A DNA stretch of 64,000 nt from an uncultured Mageeibacillus sp. (GTDB taxonomy: Bacteria; Bacillota; Clostridia; Saccharofermentanales; UBA5734): assembly GCA_964528645.1 (NCBI GenBank), contig CAZGSR010000006.1, forward strand, positions 10,142-74,141. Reading direction: 5' to 3'. Shown piece by piece: positions 54,654-63,827 of the stretch (the stretch's first letter is position 1; every line of letters starts with the position of its first letter). Both the position numbers and the translations under genes were made by a program. A model generated the notes under the pieces. The model was not told the DNA's origin. It saw nothing but the letters and a program-made list of their open reading frames with translations, and made no database searches.

Positions 54654-56639
54654 TTACCCGACGTCGAGATTATCGAGATATTTGTGGCCGTTTTGCTCGA
54701 TGAATGATTTTCTTCCAGCCAGGTTGTCGCCCAGAAGCAAATCAAAGGTCTCGAGCATATCCTCGGCTTTGTCTGGCATGACCTGGATCAGGCGGCGGGT
54801 TTCCGGATTCATCGTGGTCAACCACATCATCTCCGGTTCATTCTCACCGAGTCCTTTCGAACGCTGGATGGTGCAGCGATCTGCACCCAGCTTGGCCAGC
54901 AGTTCGCTTTTTTCCCGCTCCGTATAGGCAAAAAAGGTTTTCTCTTCCCGTTTGATCCGCTGGGTGATTTCAAAGAGTGGGGACTCCGCAATGAAGATTT
55001 TTTCCTTGTCCAGCAAAGTTGGAGTCAGTCGGTACAGCATGGCCAGGATCAGGGTCCGGATCTGGTAACCATCGACATCAGCGTCGGTGCAGATGATGAC
55101 TTTGCTCCAGCGTAGGCCATCCAGATCAAACGACGACAGGTCTTTATTGTGGCGGGAATGGATCTCGACGCCACAACCGAGGACCTTGATCAGGTCGACG
55201 ATGATTTCATTCTTGAAAATCGCCTCATAATCAGCCTTGAGGCAATTGAGGATCTTGCCACGCACCGGGATGATGGCCTGGAACTCGGCATCGCGGCCCA
55301 TTTTACAGGACCCCAGCGCCGAGTCACCTTCAACGATGTACAATTCCCGCCGGGCGACGTCACGAGTGCGGCAGTCGACGAATTTCTTGACCCGGTTGGT
55401 CAGGTCGACCGAGCCCATCAACTTTTTCTTGATGTTGAGGCGCTGCTTTTCGGCGCTTTCGCGGCTGCGCTTGTTGACCAGGACCTGCTCCAGAACCCGG
55501 TCGGCCTCGGCCTTGTTTTCAATGAACCAGATCTCGAGGCGGCTGCGCAACAGGTCGGTCAGGAACTCCTGGATGTATTTGTTGTTGATCGCTTTTTTAG
55601 TCTGGTTTTCATAACTGGTCTGCGTGGAAAAGGAATTGGTGACCAGGATCAGGGAGTCCTCGATATCGGCAAAGGTGATCTTGGCTTCGTTATTCTTGTA
55701 CTTGTCCTGCAGCTTGGCCTGGCGGTCGAATTCATTGACCAGGGCATTGCGCACGGCTTTGTCCGGAGATCCACCATATTCCAGCCAGCTCGAGTTGTGG
55801 TAATACTCGATCAAGTTGATTTCGTTATTGAAGCAGAGTGCCACTGAGGCTTTAACCTTGTATTCCGGTTTGTCAGAACGATCGCGGCCTTTGCCACTGC
55901 CTTCAAAAAACAATGGGCTGGAGATGCCTTTTTCCTGGTCCAGCTCCCGGACAAAGCCCAGGATGCCTTCGGGATAATAAAACTCCTCAGTTGTGCCGGA
56001 TGGTTCATCCAGCAGGCGGAACGTCACACCCGCATTGACAATGGCCTGGCGCTTCAACGTCTGCTGGAAATAGTCGAGCGGGATCATGATATCGGTGAAA
56101 ACATCCCGGTCTGCTTTCCATTTCTGGATGGTCCCAGTCTGTTTCTGCCGGACAGGTGTCTTCGTCAAGCCGCCAACATTGCTGCCCTTTTCAAAATGCA
56201 AATCGTAGCGGAAGCCATCCCGCACGACTGAAACATCAAAATATTCGGAGGCGTACTGGGTGGCACAGGCGCCCAAGCCATTGAGGCCGAGGCTGAACTC
56301 ATAATGGTCCCCGCTGATATTGTTGTATTTGCCGCCAGCATACAGTTCGCAATAGACCAGCTCCCAGTTGTAGCGGTTTTCTTTTTCGTTGAAATCAAGC
56401 GGAATCCCACGGCCCTGGTCTTTGACCTCGAGCGATCCATCCTTGTACCGTTTGACCTCGATCAGGTTGCCATGCCCTTCCCTGGCTTCGTCGATCGAGT
56501 TGGATAAAATTTCAAAAAATGAATGCTTGCAGCCCTCCAGGTCATCAGATCCAAAAATGACACCCGGACGAAGACGGACTCGGTCGGCCCCCTTCAAGGC
56601 AGAAATACTGGTGTTGTCGTAGGCTTTGCTTTTGGTCAT
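54654..56639 (-). CDS. parE: Type IIA DNA topoisomerase subunit B, topoisomerase IV (ParE)-like
   Basis: 661 aa. GHKL ATPase (FEILSNSIDEA, DQGRGIP). Toprim motif ELYIVEGDSA. IPVRGKILN. Confidence 0.85.
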   Translation of the reverse strand: MTKSKAYDNTSISALKGADRVRLRPGVIFGSDDLEGCKHSFFEILSNSIDEAREGHGNLIEVKRYKDGSLEVKDQGRGIPLDFNEKENRYNWELVYCELYAGGKYNNISGDHYEFSLGLNGLGACATQYASEYFDVSVVRDGFRYDLHFEKGSNVGGLTKTPVRQKQTGTIQKWKADRDVFTDIMIPLDYFQQTLKRQAIVNAGVTFRLLDEPSGTTEEFYYPEGILGFVRELDQEKGISSPLFFEGSGKGRDRSDKPEYKVKASVALCFNNEINLIEYYHNSSWLEYGGSPDKAVRNALVNEFDRQAKLQDKYKNNEAKITFADIEDSLILVTNSFSTQTSYENQTKKAINNKYIQEFLTDLLRSRLEIWFIENKAEADRVLEQVLVNKRSRESAEKQRLNIKKKLMGSVDLTNRVKKFVDCRTRDVARRELYIVEGDSALGSCKMGRDAEFQAIIPVRGKILNCLKADYEAIFKNEIIVDLIKVLGCGVEIHSRHNKDLSSFDLDGLRWSKVIICTDADVDGYQIRTLILAMLYRLTPTLLDKEKIFIAESPLFEITQRIKREEKTFFAYTEREKSELLAKLGADRCTIQRSKGLGENEPEMMWLTTMNPETRRLIQVMPDKAEDMLETFDLLLGDNLAGRKSFIEQNGHKYLDNLDVG

Positions 56640-56670
56640 GGATACTCCTGCTTTTTGTCAGAATCGCTTC

Positions 56671-56679
56671 ATTATAGCA
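56671..56679 (-). promoter_or_regulatory. Extended -10 element upstream of parE
   Basis: Minus strand TGCTATAAT (TGn plus TATAAT) lies between the tRNA-Arg terminator and the parE start. I see no convincing -35. Confidence 0.4.
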
Positions 56680-56692
56680 CAGGCAAACGGGG

Positions 56693-56730
56693 CAAAAAAT
56701 GGACCGCTCCCTTAATCAAAGGAGCGGTCC
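56693..56730 (-). terminator. Intrinsic terminator after tRNA-Arg
   Basis: Perfect 10-bp stem GGACCGCTCC/GGAGCGGTCC (56701-56730). On the minus strand it is followed by ATTTTTTG. Confidence 0.8.
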
Positions 56731-56807
56731 TGGCGAGCCTAGGAGGACTCGAACCTCCGACCCACAGCTTAGAAGGCTGTTGCTCTATCCAACTGAGCTA
56801 TAGACCC
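56731..56807 (-). tRNA. tRNA-Arg (anticodon UCU), CCA encoded
   Basis: Minus strand GGGTCTATAGCTCAGTTGGATAGAGCAACAGCCTTCTAAGCTGTGGGTCGGAGGTTCGAGTCCTCCTAGGCTCGCCA. Anticodon arm ACAGC-CTTCTAA-GCTGT. The acceptor stem has two G-U pairs. Confidence 0.85.
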
Positions 56808-56830
56808 ATGTTTGCCCTGTCCCTGTCCTG

Positions 56831-56860
56831 ATTATACAAAAACGAGGCGGGACGAGGCAA
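56831..56860 (-). promoter_or_regulatory. Promoter of tRNA-Arg
   Basis: Minus strand TTGCCT (56860-56855), 18 nt ending in TG, then TATAAT (56836-56831). Confidence 0.6.
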
Positions 56861-56883
56861 GAAAATGGCGGCCCGTGGCCGCC
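56858..56883 (-). terminator. Intrinsic terminator after tRNA-Gly
   Basis: GGCGGCC-CGT-GGCCGCC hairpin (56867-56883). On the minus strand it is followed by ATTTTCTT. Confidence 0.5.
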
Positions 56884-56896
56884 CTGCAGGCGATGT

Positions 56897-56970
<74 letters not shown>

Positions 56971-57000
56971 AGATAAATATCAGCGCCGATCTGCCCGTTG

Positions 57001-57029
57001 ATTTTACCGCATCAAATCTTTTTTGTCCA
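57001..57029 (-). promoter_or_regulatory. Candidate promoter of tRNA-Gly
   Basis: Minus strand TGGACA (57029-57024), 17 nt, TAAAAT (57006-57001). Confidence 0.4.
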
Positions 57030-57085
57030 CACCCAATCTTTCAGCTGGTCCATCTGGTCCGTCTACAATCGTTCGCTCTATTATG

Positions 57086-57805
57086 TCAGGAAAAGTCGAG
57101 CCAAGGTTTGCGTTTTTCCTGATGATTCCGGAAAGAAGCATAGGTGCGATTAATGATCTGTGTCTCAGGAATCCCTAGCAACTGGACGAGTTCATAAGCC
57201 TCATCGACTCTGCCAACCTGGTCAGCAGTGTGCGAGTCGCTGTTGATCACGATTGGCACCCTCAGTTCCTTGCAGCCCTTGGCAATTTCATAACAGGCAC
57301 TGTTTTCCGGATCCCCTTTCAAGGTCCAGCGATTGACCTCAATCATGGTTCCTGTAGCCCGACAGGCGTTCAGGACAGTCGGGATGTCATAGTCATAGCC
57401 ACCCCGTCCCGTATGGCCGAGGATATCCACCAGCGGATTCTCGGCAGCGGCGACCAGGGCCTGGGTATGGTCCTCTCTGGTTCTGGGCTGGATGAGAAGG
57501 TCATGAAACGATGCGATGACGACGTCAAGCTTCTTCAAAAGAGAGTCCTGCAAATCCAGCTTGCCTTCATAGTTCATTAAATTGGCTTCGATACCGCGCA
57601 GGATCTTGATCCCCTGGAGTTCGCGCGGTACCATGCGAATTGCCGAAAAATAGATCCAGTTAGCCGAACCAGGCATGGCCGGTCCATGATCTGTCAGGGC
57701 AAACCCGTCCATTTGATACTTCCGGCAATAGGCAGCGATCTCCTCCATCGTACCAAAAGCATGACCGCTGGCAACGGAATGGACATGGCAATCAAATCGG
57801 ATCAT
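57086..57805 (-). CDS. PHP-domain phosphoesterase (YcdX-like)
   Basis: ORF trimmed to ATG 57805, with GGGAGG upstream. Begins MIRFDCHVHSVASGHAF (PHP HxH motif). Later motifs LTDHGP and NSDSH. Confidence 0.8.
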   Translation of the reverse strand: MIRFDCHVHSVASGHAFGTMEEIAAYCRKYQMDGFALTDHGPAMPGSANWIYFSAIRMVPRELQGIKILRGIEANLMNYEGKLDLQDSLLKKLDVVIASFHDLLIQPRTREDHTQALVAAAENPLVDILGHTGRGGYDYDIPTVLNACRATGTMIEVNRWTLKGDPENSACYEIAKGCKELRVPIVINSDSHTADQVGRVDEAYELVQLLGIPETQIINRTYASFRNHQEKRKPWLDFS

Positions 57806-58049
57806 ATGGAAAGCCTCCCTGGTTTTGGCTGAAGAATCTGCATGAAGGGTGATCATGGCTTGCCCTCGATGCTAGCACGAAGTTGACGGGGAGGCAAATC
57901 GGGCCAGTGCTAGTCAAATTTCCAGCACCATCTTGTTTCCAGACTCAATCATCATTAAACTGAGAACAGTTCTGATCAAGAGCCCGTAATCCTGCCCATC
58001 TAGACAGTCTCGATGTTTTGTCAGCTTGCAAACAGGTCAAGGAGGTTCC

Positions 58050-59174
58050 ATGTGGATTGCCAGCCTGATTATCAATAGCTTATCTGTTCTCAGTGGCCTG
58101 GCCATGTTGTGGCAATTACCCAGCTTCAAGCGGACCCGCCCTCTCCTGTCAGCCGAAGATACCGATACCAAGGCTGTCTCTGTCATTATTCCGGCTTATA
58201 ACGAATCCAGGCGGCTCCAACCCCTGATTGAATCCCTGAACAGCCAGACTCAGCAACCATTGGAAATTTTGGTGGTCGATGACCATTCGACTGATGGCAC
58301 CGGTCTATTGGCCGCCTCGCTGGGCTGCCAGGTTCTCCTGGCTGATCCGGTCGAACCAGGATGGGTGGGGAAATCCAGGGCTTGCTGGTCTGGTGCCAAA
58401 AAAGCCCAGGGAACTGTCCTGGTTTTTCTCGATGCCGATACCCGGCTTGAGCGTGCGGAGGCCTTGTCCGAGCTGGTGGCCGCTTTTGCACAGCAGGGTA
58501 AAAAGGGCATTCTTTCGGTTCAGCCCTTCCATCGCGTCAAAAAGAGATACGAAAGCTTCTCGGCAATTTTTAACATCATCGTCCTTTCCGGTTTGAACCG
58601 GTTTTCCATCCTGGGCAGCCGGATCCATGGGACGGGTGCATTTGGACCGTGTCTCATCTGCAGCAAGGATGATTATTTTGAGGTTGGAGGGCATCAGGCC
58701 ATTCGGACTGCGGTTCTCGACGACCTGGCTCTGGGCAATCTTTTTTCCAGCCATCAACTGCCGGTGACATGTGTGAGTGGCCGCGGAGTCATTTCCTTCC
58801 GGATGTATCCGGAAGGATTCTGGAACTTGTTTGAAGGTTGGACCAAAAATTTTGCGACCGCATCCTCCTCTACCCACCCCTTTATCATGGCCCTGATCAT
58901 TCTCTGGATTGGCGGTGGTTTTTCGACCCTGGGTGGTCTGATCCGGTCACTGATGGTGCAAAGCCCCATTGAGATAGTCGCTGCCAGCAGTGTGACCTTG
59001 GCCTATCTGGCTGTTTTCCTTTTCCAGGCCAGACGAGCTGGGAGTTTCCACTGGGTGGTCCTGATCTTCTATCCGCTGCATGTCCTGTTTTTTGCCATTC
59101 TGTTCACCTGGTCGCTCTATCTGACCAAAATCCGCCGCGCTGTTTCCTGGCGGGGACGCAACATCCAGGTCTGA
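58050..59174 (+). CDS. crtQ: Family-2 glycosyltransferase, 4,4'-diaponeurosporenoate glycosyltransferase (CrtQ)-like
   Basis: ORF trimmed to ATG 58050, with AAGGAGG upstream. GT2 motifs VSVIIPAYNE, VVDDHSTDGT and FLDADT. C-terminal membrane helices as in S. aureus CrtQ. Sits with crtO, crtP and aldH. Confidence 0.75.
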   Translation: MWIASLIINSLSVLSGLAMLWQLPSFKRTRPLLSAEDTDTKAVSVIIPAYNESRRLQPLIESLNSQTQQPLEILVVDDHSTDGTGLLAASLGCQVLLADPVEPGWVGKSRACWSGAKKAQGTVLVFLDADTRLERAEALSELVAAFAQQGKKGILSVQPFHRVKKRYESFSAIFNIIVLSGLNRFSILGSRIHGTGAFGPCLICSKDDYFEVGGHQAIRTAVLDDLALGNLFSSHQLPVTCVSGRGVISFRMYPEGFWNLFEGWTKNFATASSSTHPFIMALIILWIGGGFSTLGGLIRSLMVQSPIEIVAASSVTLAYLAVFLFQARRAGSFHWVVLIFYPLHVLFFAILFTWSLYLTKIRRAVSWRGRNIQV

Positions 59175-59178
59175 ACCC

Positions 59179-59688
59179 ATGCAGCGCTTGTTCGAACTGT
59201 CTCTGGCCTTAACCATTGCGCTTGATTTTGCCGCCTGGTTTGTGTTCCACATGGCTGCCGCTCTTTGCACCTTGAACATGCCGGATCGCTGGTTTGCCAC
59301 GGATCACTGGCTCTACCGGACCAGAGACTGGGAGCGGCAAGGCCAATTCTGGCACCACGTGTTTCGGGTCCGCAACTGGAAGGAACGGCTGCCAGACGGC
59401 GCCCAGCTGATTGGCCGCGGCTATGCCAAAAAAAGACTGCAAGCCACTCATGCAGAGGAACTGGCCCGGTTCGTCCAGGAGTCTCGCCGGGCAGAATTGA
59501 CCCATTACCTGGCCATGTTGCCCGCCCCCCTGTTTTTTCTCTGGAACCCGGCCTGGGTTGGCTGGTTCATGATCGGATACGCCCTCATAGCCAATGCCCC
59601 TTGCATCATCGCTCAACGCTACAATCGCCCCCGCTTCATCAATGTGCTGCAAAAACGCACGATTGGATCCAGGATCCATAAAAAATAA
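59179..59688 (+). CDS. crtO: Glycosyl-4,4'-diaponeurosporenoate acyltransferase (CrtO family)
   Basis: 169 aa. Motifs RTRDWERQGQFWHHVFRVRNWKERLPDG, RRAELTHY and NAPCIIAQRYNRPR match the CrtO acyltransferase family pattern (recalled from S. aureus CrtO). Confidence 0.8.
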   Translation: MQRLFELSLALTIALDFAAWFVFHMAAALCTLNMPDRWFATDHWLYRTRDWERQGQFWHHVFRVRNWKERLPDGAQLIGRGYAKKRLQATHAEELARFVQESRRAELTHYLAMLPAPLFFLWNPAWVGWFMIGYALIANAPCIIAQRYNRPRFINVLQKRTIGSRIHKK

Positions 59689-59713
59689 CGACAGACAGCA
59701 GGAGGTTCTGAAC

Positions 59714-61207
59714 ATGGCCCAAAAATCAGCAATTGTCATCGGTGGCGGCTTAGGTGGTGTCTCCAGCGCCATTTCCCTGGCCCAAAACGGTTTTTCAGTT
59801 CGCTTGTACGAGAAAAACCAGCATATTGGCGGCAAATTGAATCTGAAAGAACAGGACGGCTTTCGTTTCGACCTTGGACCATCGATCCTGACCATGCCGC
59901 ATATCTTCGAATCCCTGTTTGCCCGGAGCGGCAAAAACATGGCTGACTACATCCCGATTGTTCGCTTGGAACACGAATGGCGCAGTTTTTTCCCAGATGG
60001 CACCATCCTGGACCTGTATGGTGACCTGGATAAAATGTCCCGGGAAAATCCGAATCTTTCGGCTGATGACATGCGCCAGTACAAAAATTTCCTGGACTAT
60101 GCCAAAGGCTTGGATGAGATCACGACGGAAGGCTATTTTGGCCGCACCGGACTCGATACCATCCGGGATGTTTTTGCCCAGCATGGCTTTTTCAGGTCCA
60201 TGCGTGGCTTTGACTATTTCTCAACCATGTATGGTGCCATCCAGAAGCGAGTCACAAACCAGAACCTGCGTGACATGCTCGCCTATTTCATCAAATACGT
60301 CGGTTCGTCCCCCTACAACGCGCCAGCCGTGCTCAACATGATGATCCACATGCAGCACCAGCTCGGTGAATGGTATGTGCCAGGCGGCATGAACAAGATT
60401 GGCCTCGGCCTAGTCCGGCTGGCAGAAGAAATTGGCGTCGAGATCCATACAGCCAGTGAAGTCACCCGGCTGGAAACTGCCGGTGATAAACGCATCACTG
60501 CAGCCATCCTGAGCGACGGTTCCCGGCAGACGGCCGATTACTTTATCTCCAACATGGAAGTTATTCCCGCATACAAACGATTGCTGGGCTGGTCAGAAAA
60601 CAAAATAGCTGCCTTGTCCAAGTTTGAACCGGCCTGTTCCGGTATCGTGTTGCATCTTGGGGTTAACCGGCAGTACCCGCAGCTGAGTCATCACAATTTC
60701 TTCTTTTCCGGTAATCCCCGGCAGCATTTTGACAAAGTTTTCAACCGCCATGAACTGCCGGATGATCCGACTCTGTACGTTGTCAATGTCAACAAGACCG
60801 ATCCTGGCCAGGCTTTGCCGGGGCATGAAAACCTCAAGATCCTGCCCCACATTCCCTATGTCCAGAAAAATCCGGCTACCCGGGAGGATTATCTTGTCTT
60901 GAGGGAACGTGTCCTTGAGAAGCTGGAACGCATGGGGCTTTCTGATCTGCGCCAGCACATCGTGACAGAAGACTTCTGGACACCCAATGATCTGGAGACG
61001 ACCTACTATTCCGACCGGGGGGCTATCTATGGCGTGGTTTCCGACCGCAAGGGCAATCACGGATTCAAACATCCCAAACACAGCACCCAGTATGACAACC
61101 TGTATTTTGTCGGCGGGACGGTCAATCCAGGAGGCGGTATGCCGATGGTCACACTGAGCGGACAACAAGCGGCCAACCTGATTCTCGACCGGGAAACCAA
61201 TGGCTGA
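59714..61207 (+). CDS. crtP: 4,4'-diaponeurosporene oxygenase (CrtP, CrtN/phytoene-desaturase superfamily)
   Basis: ORF trimmed to ATG 59714, with AGGAGG upstream. FAD motif VIGGGLGG. Long colinear similarity to S. aureus CrtP as I recall it (HIGGK.N....DGF.FDLGPSILTMP.IFE.LF, YFIKYVGSS.Y.APAVL, ISNMEVIP.YK, LPHIPY, NLYFVGG.VNPGGGMPMVTLSGQQ). Confidence 0.8.
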   Translation: MAQKSAIVIGGGLGGVSSAISLAQNGFSVRLYEKNQHIGGKLNLKEQDGFRFDLGPSILTMPHIFESLFARSGKNMADYIPIVRLEHEWRSFFPDGTILDLYGDLDKMSRENPNLSADDMRQYKNFLDYAKGLDEITTEGYFGRTGLDTIRDVFAQHGFFRSMRGFDYFSTMYGAIQKRVTNQNLRDMLAYFIKYVGSSPYNAPAVLNMMIHMQHQLGEWYVPGGMNKIGLGLVRLAEEIGVEIHTASEVTRLETAGDKRITAAILSDGSRQTADYFISNMEVIPAYKRLLGWSENKIAALSKFEPACSGIVLHLGVNRQYPQLSHHNFFFSGNPRQHFDKVFNRHELPDDPTLYVVNVNKTDPGQALPGHENLKILPHIPYVQKNPATREDYLVLRERVLEKLERMGLSDLRQHIVTEDFWTPNDLETTYYSDRGAIYGVVSDRKGNHGFKHPKHSTQYDNLYFVGGTVNPGGGMPMVTLSGQQAANLILDRETNG

Positions 61208-62591
61208 ACCCACTGCGGGCCGCAAGGCGCTCCTTCACTTGCGGCAAATGATCACAGATCACGAACAGGATTTTCTTGCTGCCCTGGACCAGGATTCTGG
61301 CAAACCAGCGGTTGAAGCGTACGCGTCAGAAATCAGCCTGGTCCTGGATGAAATCCGCTTCCTCCTGCGCCAGGGTCATCACGTCCTTAAGCCACGCAAA
61401 GTCAGGGGCCTGGGACTCTGGTTGCAAAATCAGGCGATAGTCAGCCGGGAACCTTTTGGCCGGGTCCTGGTCATCAGTCCCTGGAACTATCCGTTCCAGC
61501 TCTCCCTACTGCCGGTCGCCGGGGCCTTGCTGGCTGGCAATACCTGTGTCCTCAAACCATCTGAGCTGGCACCCGCGACCGCAGATCTGCTGACTGCACT
61601 GGTTCCCCGTTATTTCCCATCGAGTTCTGGACCTGGTATGCCACGCCTGGAAATTGTATCTGGTGATGCCAAAGTTGCCCGGAATTTATTAGAGGAGCCC
61701 TGGGATTTTGTCTTTTTCACAGGCAGTGGCAAGGTCGGCCAGATTGTTTCAGAAGTCCTCTCGTCCCGCCTGATCCCTCATGTCCTCGAACTGGGGGGCA
61801 AGAATCCTGTAATCATTGGGCCTGGCGGTGTCACTGCGACTCTGGTCCGCCGGCTGGTCTGGGCGAAATTCATCAATTGTGGTCAGACCTGCATCGCTCC
61901 TGATGATGTTCTGGTGCCAGAAAAAGATGCCGAAAAACTCATCGAGCTCCTGACTGCCCAACTCAATAACTTTTATGGTGCCGACCCAGCGCAAAGCACG
62001 GATTATGGCCGGATTGGGCATTACCGCCATTTTGACCGCCTGGTCCAGATGCTCGAATCGAGTCTGGCGTGTTCTTGTCCTGCGACAGATCTATCAGAAG
62101 GTGTCCCCCGTATTTGGGCGGGAGGACAGTACGACCGGACATCCCTATACTTTGCACCGACTTTGATAACGGGTCTGGCCACAGATGCGCCTTTGGCCAG
62201 AGAAGAAATTTTCGGTCCGATCCTGCCCATCCAGACATATCGCGACGAAACCCACCTGCGCGAGCTGTTGTCAGCCCGACCGCAACCTCTGACGGTTTAC
62301 TGCCTCAGCCAGGACAGAGACTTTGGCAGGCGGATGGAAAAAACCGTCCGCACCAGCTCCTTTGCCCTCAACCAGTTCATCTATCACGCTGCCAGCAGCC
62401 ACCTGCCCTTTGGCGGTCTGGGCAGCAGTGGACATGGGCGGTATCACGGTCTGGCCAGCCTGCGGACTTTCACCTATGAAAAAATCACCTACATCCAAAC
62501 CGGGAAATTCGAGCTGAAACAGCAATTCCCTCCTTATGGACCAGGAGCACTGGCCGCCTACCGGAACTTCGTCCGTCACTTCCGGCGTTGA
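61200..62591 (+). CDS. aldH: Class-3-type aldehyde dehydrogenase, candidate 4,4'-diaponeurosporen-aldehyde dehydrogenase
   Basis: 463 aa. Catalytic Glu and Cys motifs LELGGKNP and GQTCIAPD. 8-nt overlap with crtP. Confidence 0.75.
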   Translation: MAEPTAGRKALLHLRQMITDHEQDFLAALDQDSGKPAVEAYASEISLVLDEIRFLLRQGHHVLKPRKVRGLGLWLQNQAIVSREPFGRVLVISPWNYPFQLSLLPVAGALLAGNTCVLKPSELAPATADLLTALVPRYFPSSSGPGMPRLEIVSGDAKVARNLLEEPWDFVFFTGSGKVGQIVSEVLSSRLIPHVLELGGKNPVIIGPGGVTATLVRRLVWAKFINCGQTCIAPDDVLVPEKDAEKLIELLTAQLNNFYGADPAQSTDYGRIGHYRHFDRLVQMLESSLACSCPATDLSEGVPRIWAGGQYDRTSLYFAPTLITGLATDAPLAREEIFGPILPIQTYRDETHLRELLSARPQPLTVYCLSQDRDFGRRMEKTVRTSSFALNQFIYHAASSHLPFGGLGSSGHGRYHGLASLRTFTYEKITYIQTGKFELKQQFPPYGPGALAAYRNFVRHFRR

Positions 62592-62605
62592 ATGAACCAT
62601 AGCAA

Positions 62606-62646
62606 CGAAAAAACCCTAGAACCACTGAGGCTCTAGGGTTTCTCTT
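62606..62646. terminator. Bidirectional terminator (tRNA His-Gln-Lys unit on minus, aldH on plus)
   Basis: AACCCTAGA (62612-62620) pairs with TCTAGGGTT (62632-62640). The minus strand reads the hairpin followed by TTTTTTCG; the plus strand reads it followed by a weaker TTCTCTT. Confidence 0.7.
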
Positions 62647-62721
62647 GGTGATCCGCCGGAGGCTCGAACTCCGGACCCCCTGATTAAAAGTCAGGTGCTC
62701 TACCGACTGAGCTAGCGGATC
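62646..62721 (-). tRNA. tRNA-Lys (anticodon UUU), CCA encoded
   Basis: Minus strand GATCCGCTAGCTCAGTCGGTAGAGCACCTGACTTTTAATCAGGGGGTCCGGAGTTCGAGCCTCCGGCGGATCACCA. Anticodon arm CCTGA-CTTTTAA-TCAGG. Confidence 0.9.
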
Positions 62722-62723
62722 AT

Positions 62724-62798
62724 TGGCTGGGGTGGCAGGATTTGAACCTACGCATGCGGGAGTCAAAGTCCCGTGCCTTACCGCTTGGCGACACCCCA
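62724..62798 (-). tRNA. tRNA-Gln (anticodon UUG), CCA encoded
   Basis: Minus strand TGGGGTGTCGCCAAGCGGTAAGGCACGGGACTTTGACTCCCGCATGCGTAGGTTCAAATCCTGCCACCCCAGCCA. Anticodon arm CGGGA-CTTTGAC-TCCCG. Confidence 0.9.
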
Positions 62799-62850
62799 CC
62801 GGTCGGCATGATCGGTCACAGGTGCCTGGCGGCTCCGATCGGGAAATGAA

Positions 62851-62928
62851 TGGGGTGGGATATGGGAATCGAACCCACGACCTCCAGAGCCACAATCTGG
62901 CACTCTAACCAACTGAGCTAATCCCACC
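62851..62928 (-). tRNA. tRNA-His (anticodon GUG) with encoded G-1, CCA encoded
   Basis: Minus strand GGTGGGATTAGCTCAGTTGGTTAGAGTGCCAGATTGTGGCTCTGGAGGTCGTGGGTTCGATTCCCATATCCCACCCCA. Anticodon arm CCAGA-TTGTGGC-TCTGG. The extra 5' G pairs with C73. Confidence 0.9.
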
Positions 62929-62959
62929 ACGTAGATCCCGGCTGCCGTGGCACGAAGTG

Positions 62960-62988
62960 ATTATAAGGATCACACAAAGGCTTGTCAA
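62960..62988 (-). promoter_or_regulatory. Consensus promoter of the tRNA His-Gln-Lys unit
   Basis: Minus strand TTGACA (62988-62983), 17 nt, TATAAT (62965-62960). Confidence 0.7.
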
Positions 62989-63115
62989 GCGATCCTGGAA
63001 AAATCGTCTGAACGGATTTTCCGAGGATTTTTTTGCCAAATTTCAAGTTACCCATTCTGCTATACTGGTATCCGGAGCCTTCGTGGCTTATCAATCATTC
63101 CCCGGAGGTCTGATT

Positions 63116-63700
63116 ATGACTGAATTTCACTCCAGCCATCCGCTGCCGGTCGTAGAAAAACTGCCGCTGAATGGACCTCGGCTATCCTTGACCGCTTACA
63201 GCAAAGACGATCTGGCTGCCTTGTTGCCATTTTTCCAGGACCTATCGACCTTGCGCTATTATTTGCCGACCACCGTTCGTCCTTTTAATCTGGAGCAGCT
63301 GGACCTTCTGCTATCGGACTGGAATGACGGCCAGAGCAATTTCGTCTTTGCCATCCGCCATGAAGGTGAAATCTGTGGCCTGGTCAACTTGGACGGCCTC
63401 GATTTCCCGAACAGCCATGCTGAGATCGGTATTGCCATCACGAACAAATTGCAGCGCGGCCAGGGATTTGCCAGCGAGGCGCTCCAGCTGCTGCTTGACT
63501 TTGCCTTCGGCGAACTCAATTTGCAGCGGATCTGGTGCCGGATCATCAGTGGCAACGATCCTTCGGTCCGTTTGTTTACCCGGACAGGATTTGTCCAGGA
63601 AGGCGTCTTGCGCCAACATGTACGTCGTTCCGGTGCATTTCGCGACATGCTGGTGTTTGGCCTGCTGCGTGATGAATACAAGGCGCTGGCAAATCCATAG
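63116..63700 (+). CDS. GNAT-family N-acetyltransferase (RimJ/RimL-like)
   Basis: ORF 62957-63700 trimmed to ATG 63116, with GGAGG 7 nt upstream. The acetyl-CoA motif region QRGQGFASEALQLLLDFAF and RIWCRIISGNDPSVRLFTRTGF are typical of the family. Confidence 0.8.
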   Translation: MTEFHSSHPLPVVEKLPLNGPRLSLTAYSKDDLAALLPFFQDLSTLRYYLPTTVRPFNLEQLDLLLSDWNDGQSNFVFAIRHEGEICGLVNLDGLDFPNSHAEIGIAITNKLQRGQGFASEALQLLLDFAFGELNLQRIWCRIISGNDPSVRLFTRTGFVQEGVLRQHVRRSGAFRDMLVFGLLRDEYKALANP

Positions 63701-63827
63701 ACCCCACCTGGCAGCAGATCTTCAAACACACTTTCATGTTTGGCTTGTCCCTCTTTTCGTTGCATGGTAAGATAGTTTCGGTATTTGATGTTCCGGATGG
63801 AATCCGGGAATTACAGGAGGATTTTTC

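Noticed and set aside
59594-59713. Extended 537-aa version of the crtP ORF overlapping the crtO 3' end by about 95 nt
   Set aside because: ATG 59714 has an AGGAGG RBS, and the protein then starts with the FAD-binding MAQKSAIVIGGGLGG, like CrtP/CrtN family members. The upstream extension is just an open frame.
62485-62908. 136-aa minus-strand and 61-aa plus-strand ORFs after aldH
   Set aside because: They are read through the tRNA-Lys, tRNA-Gln and tRNA-His genes. They are artefacts.
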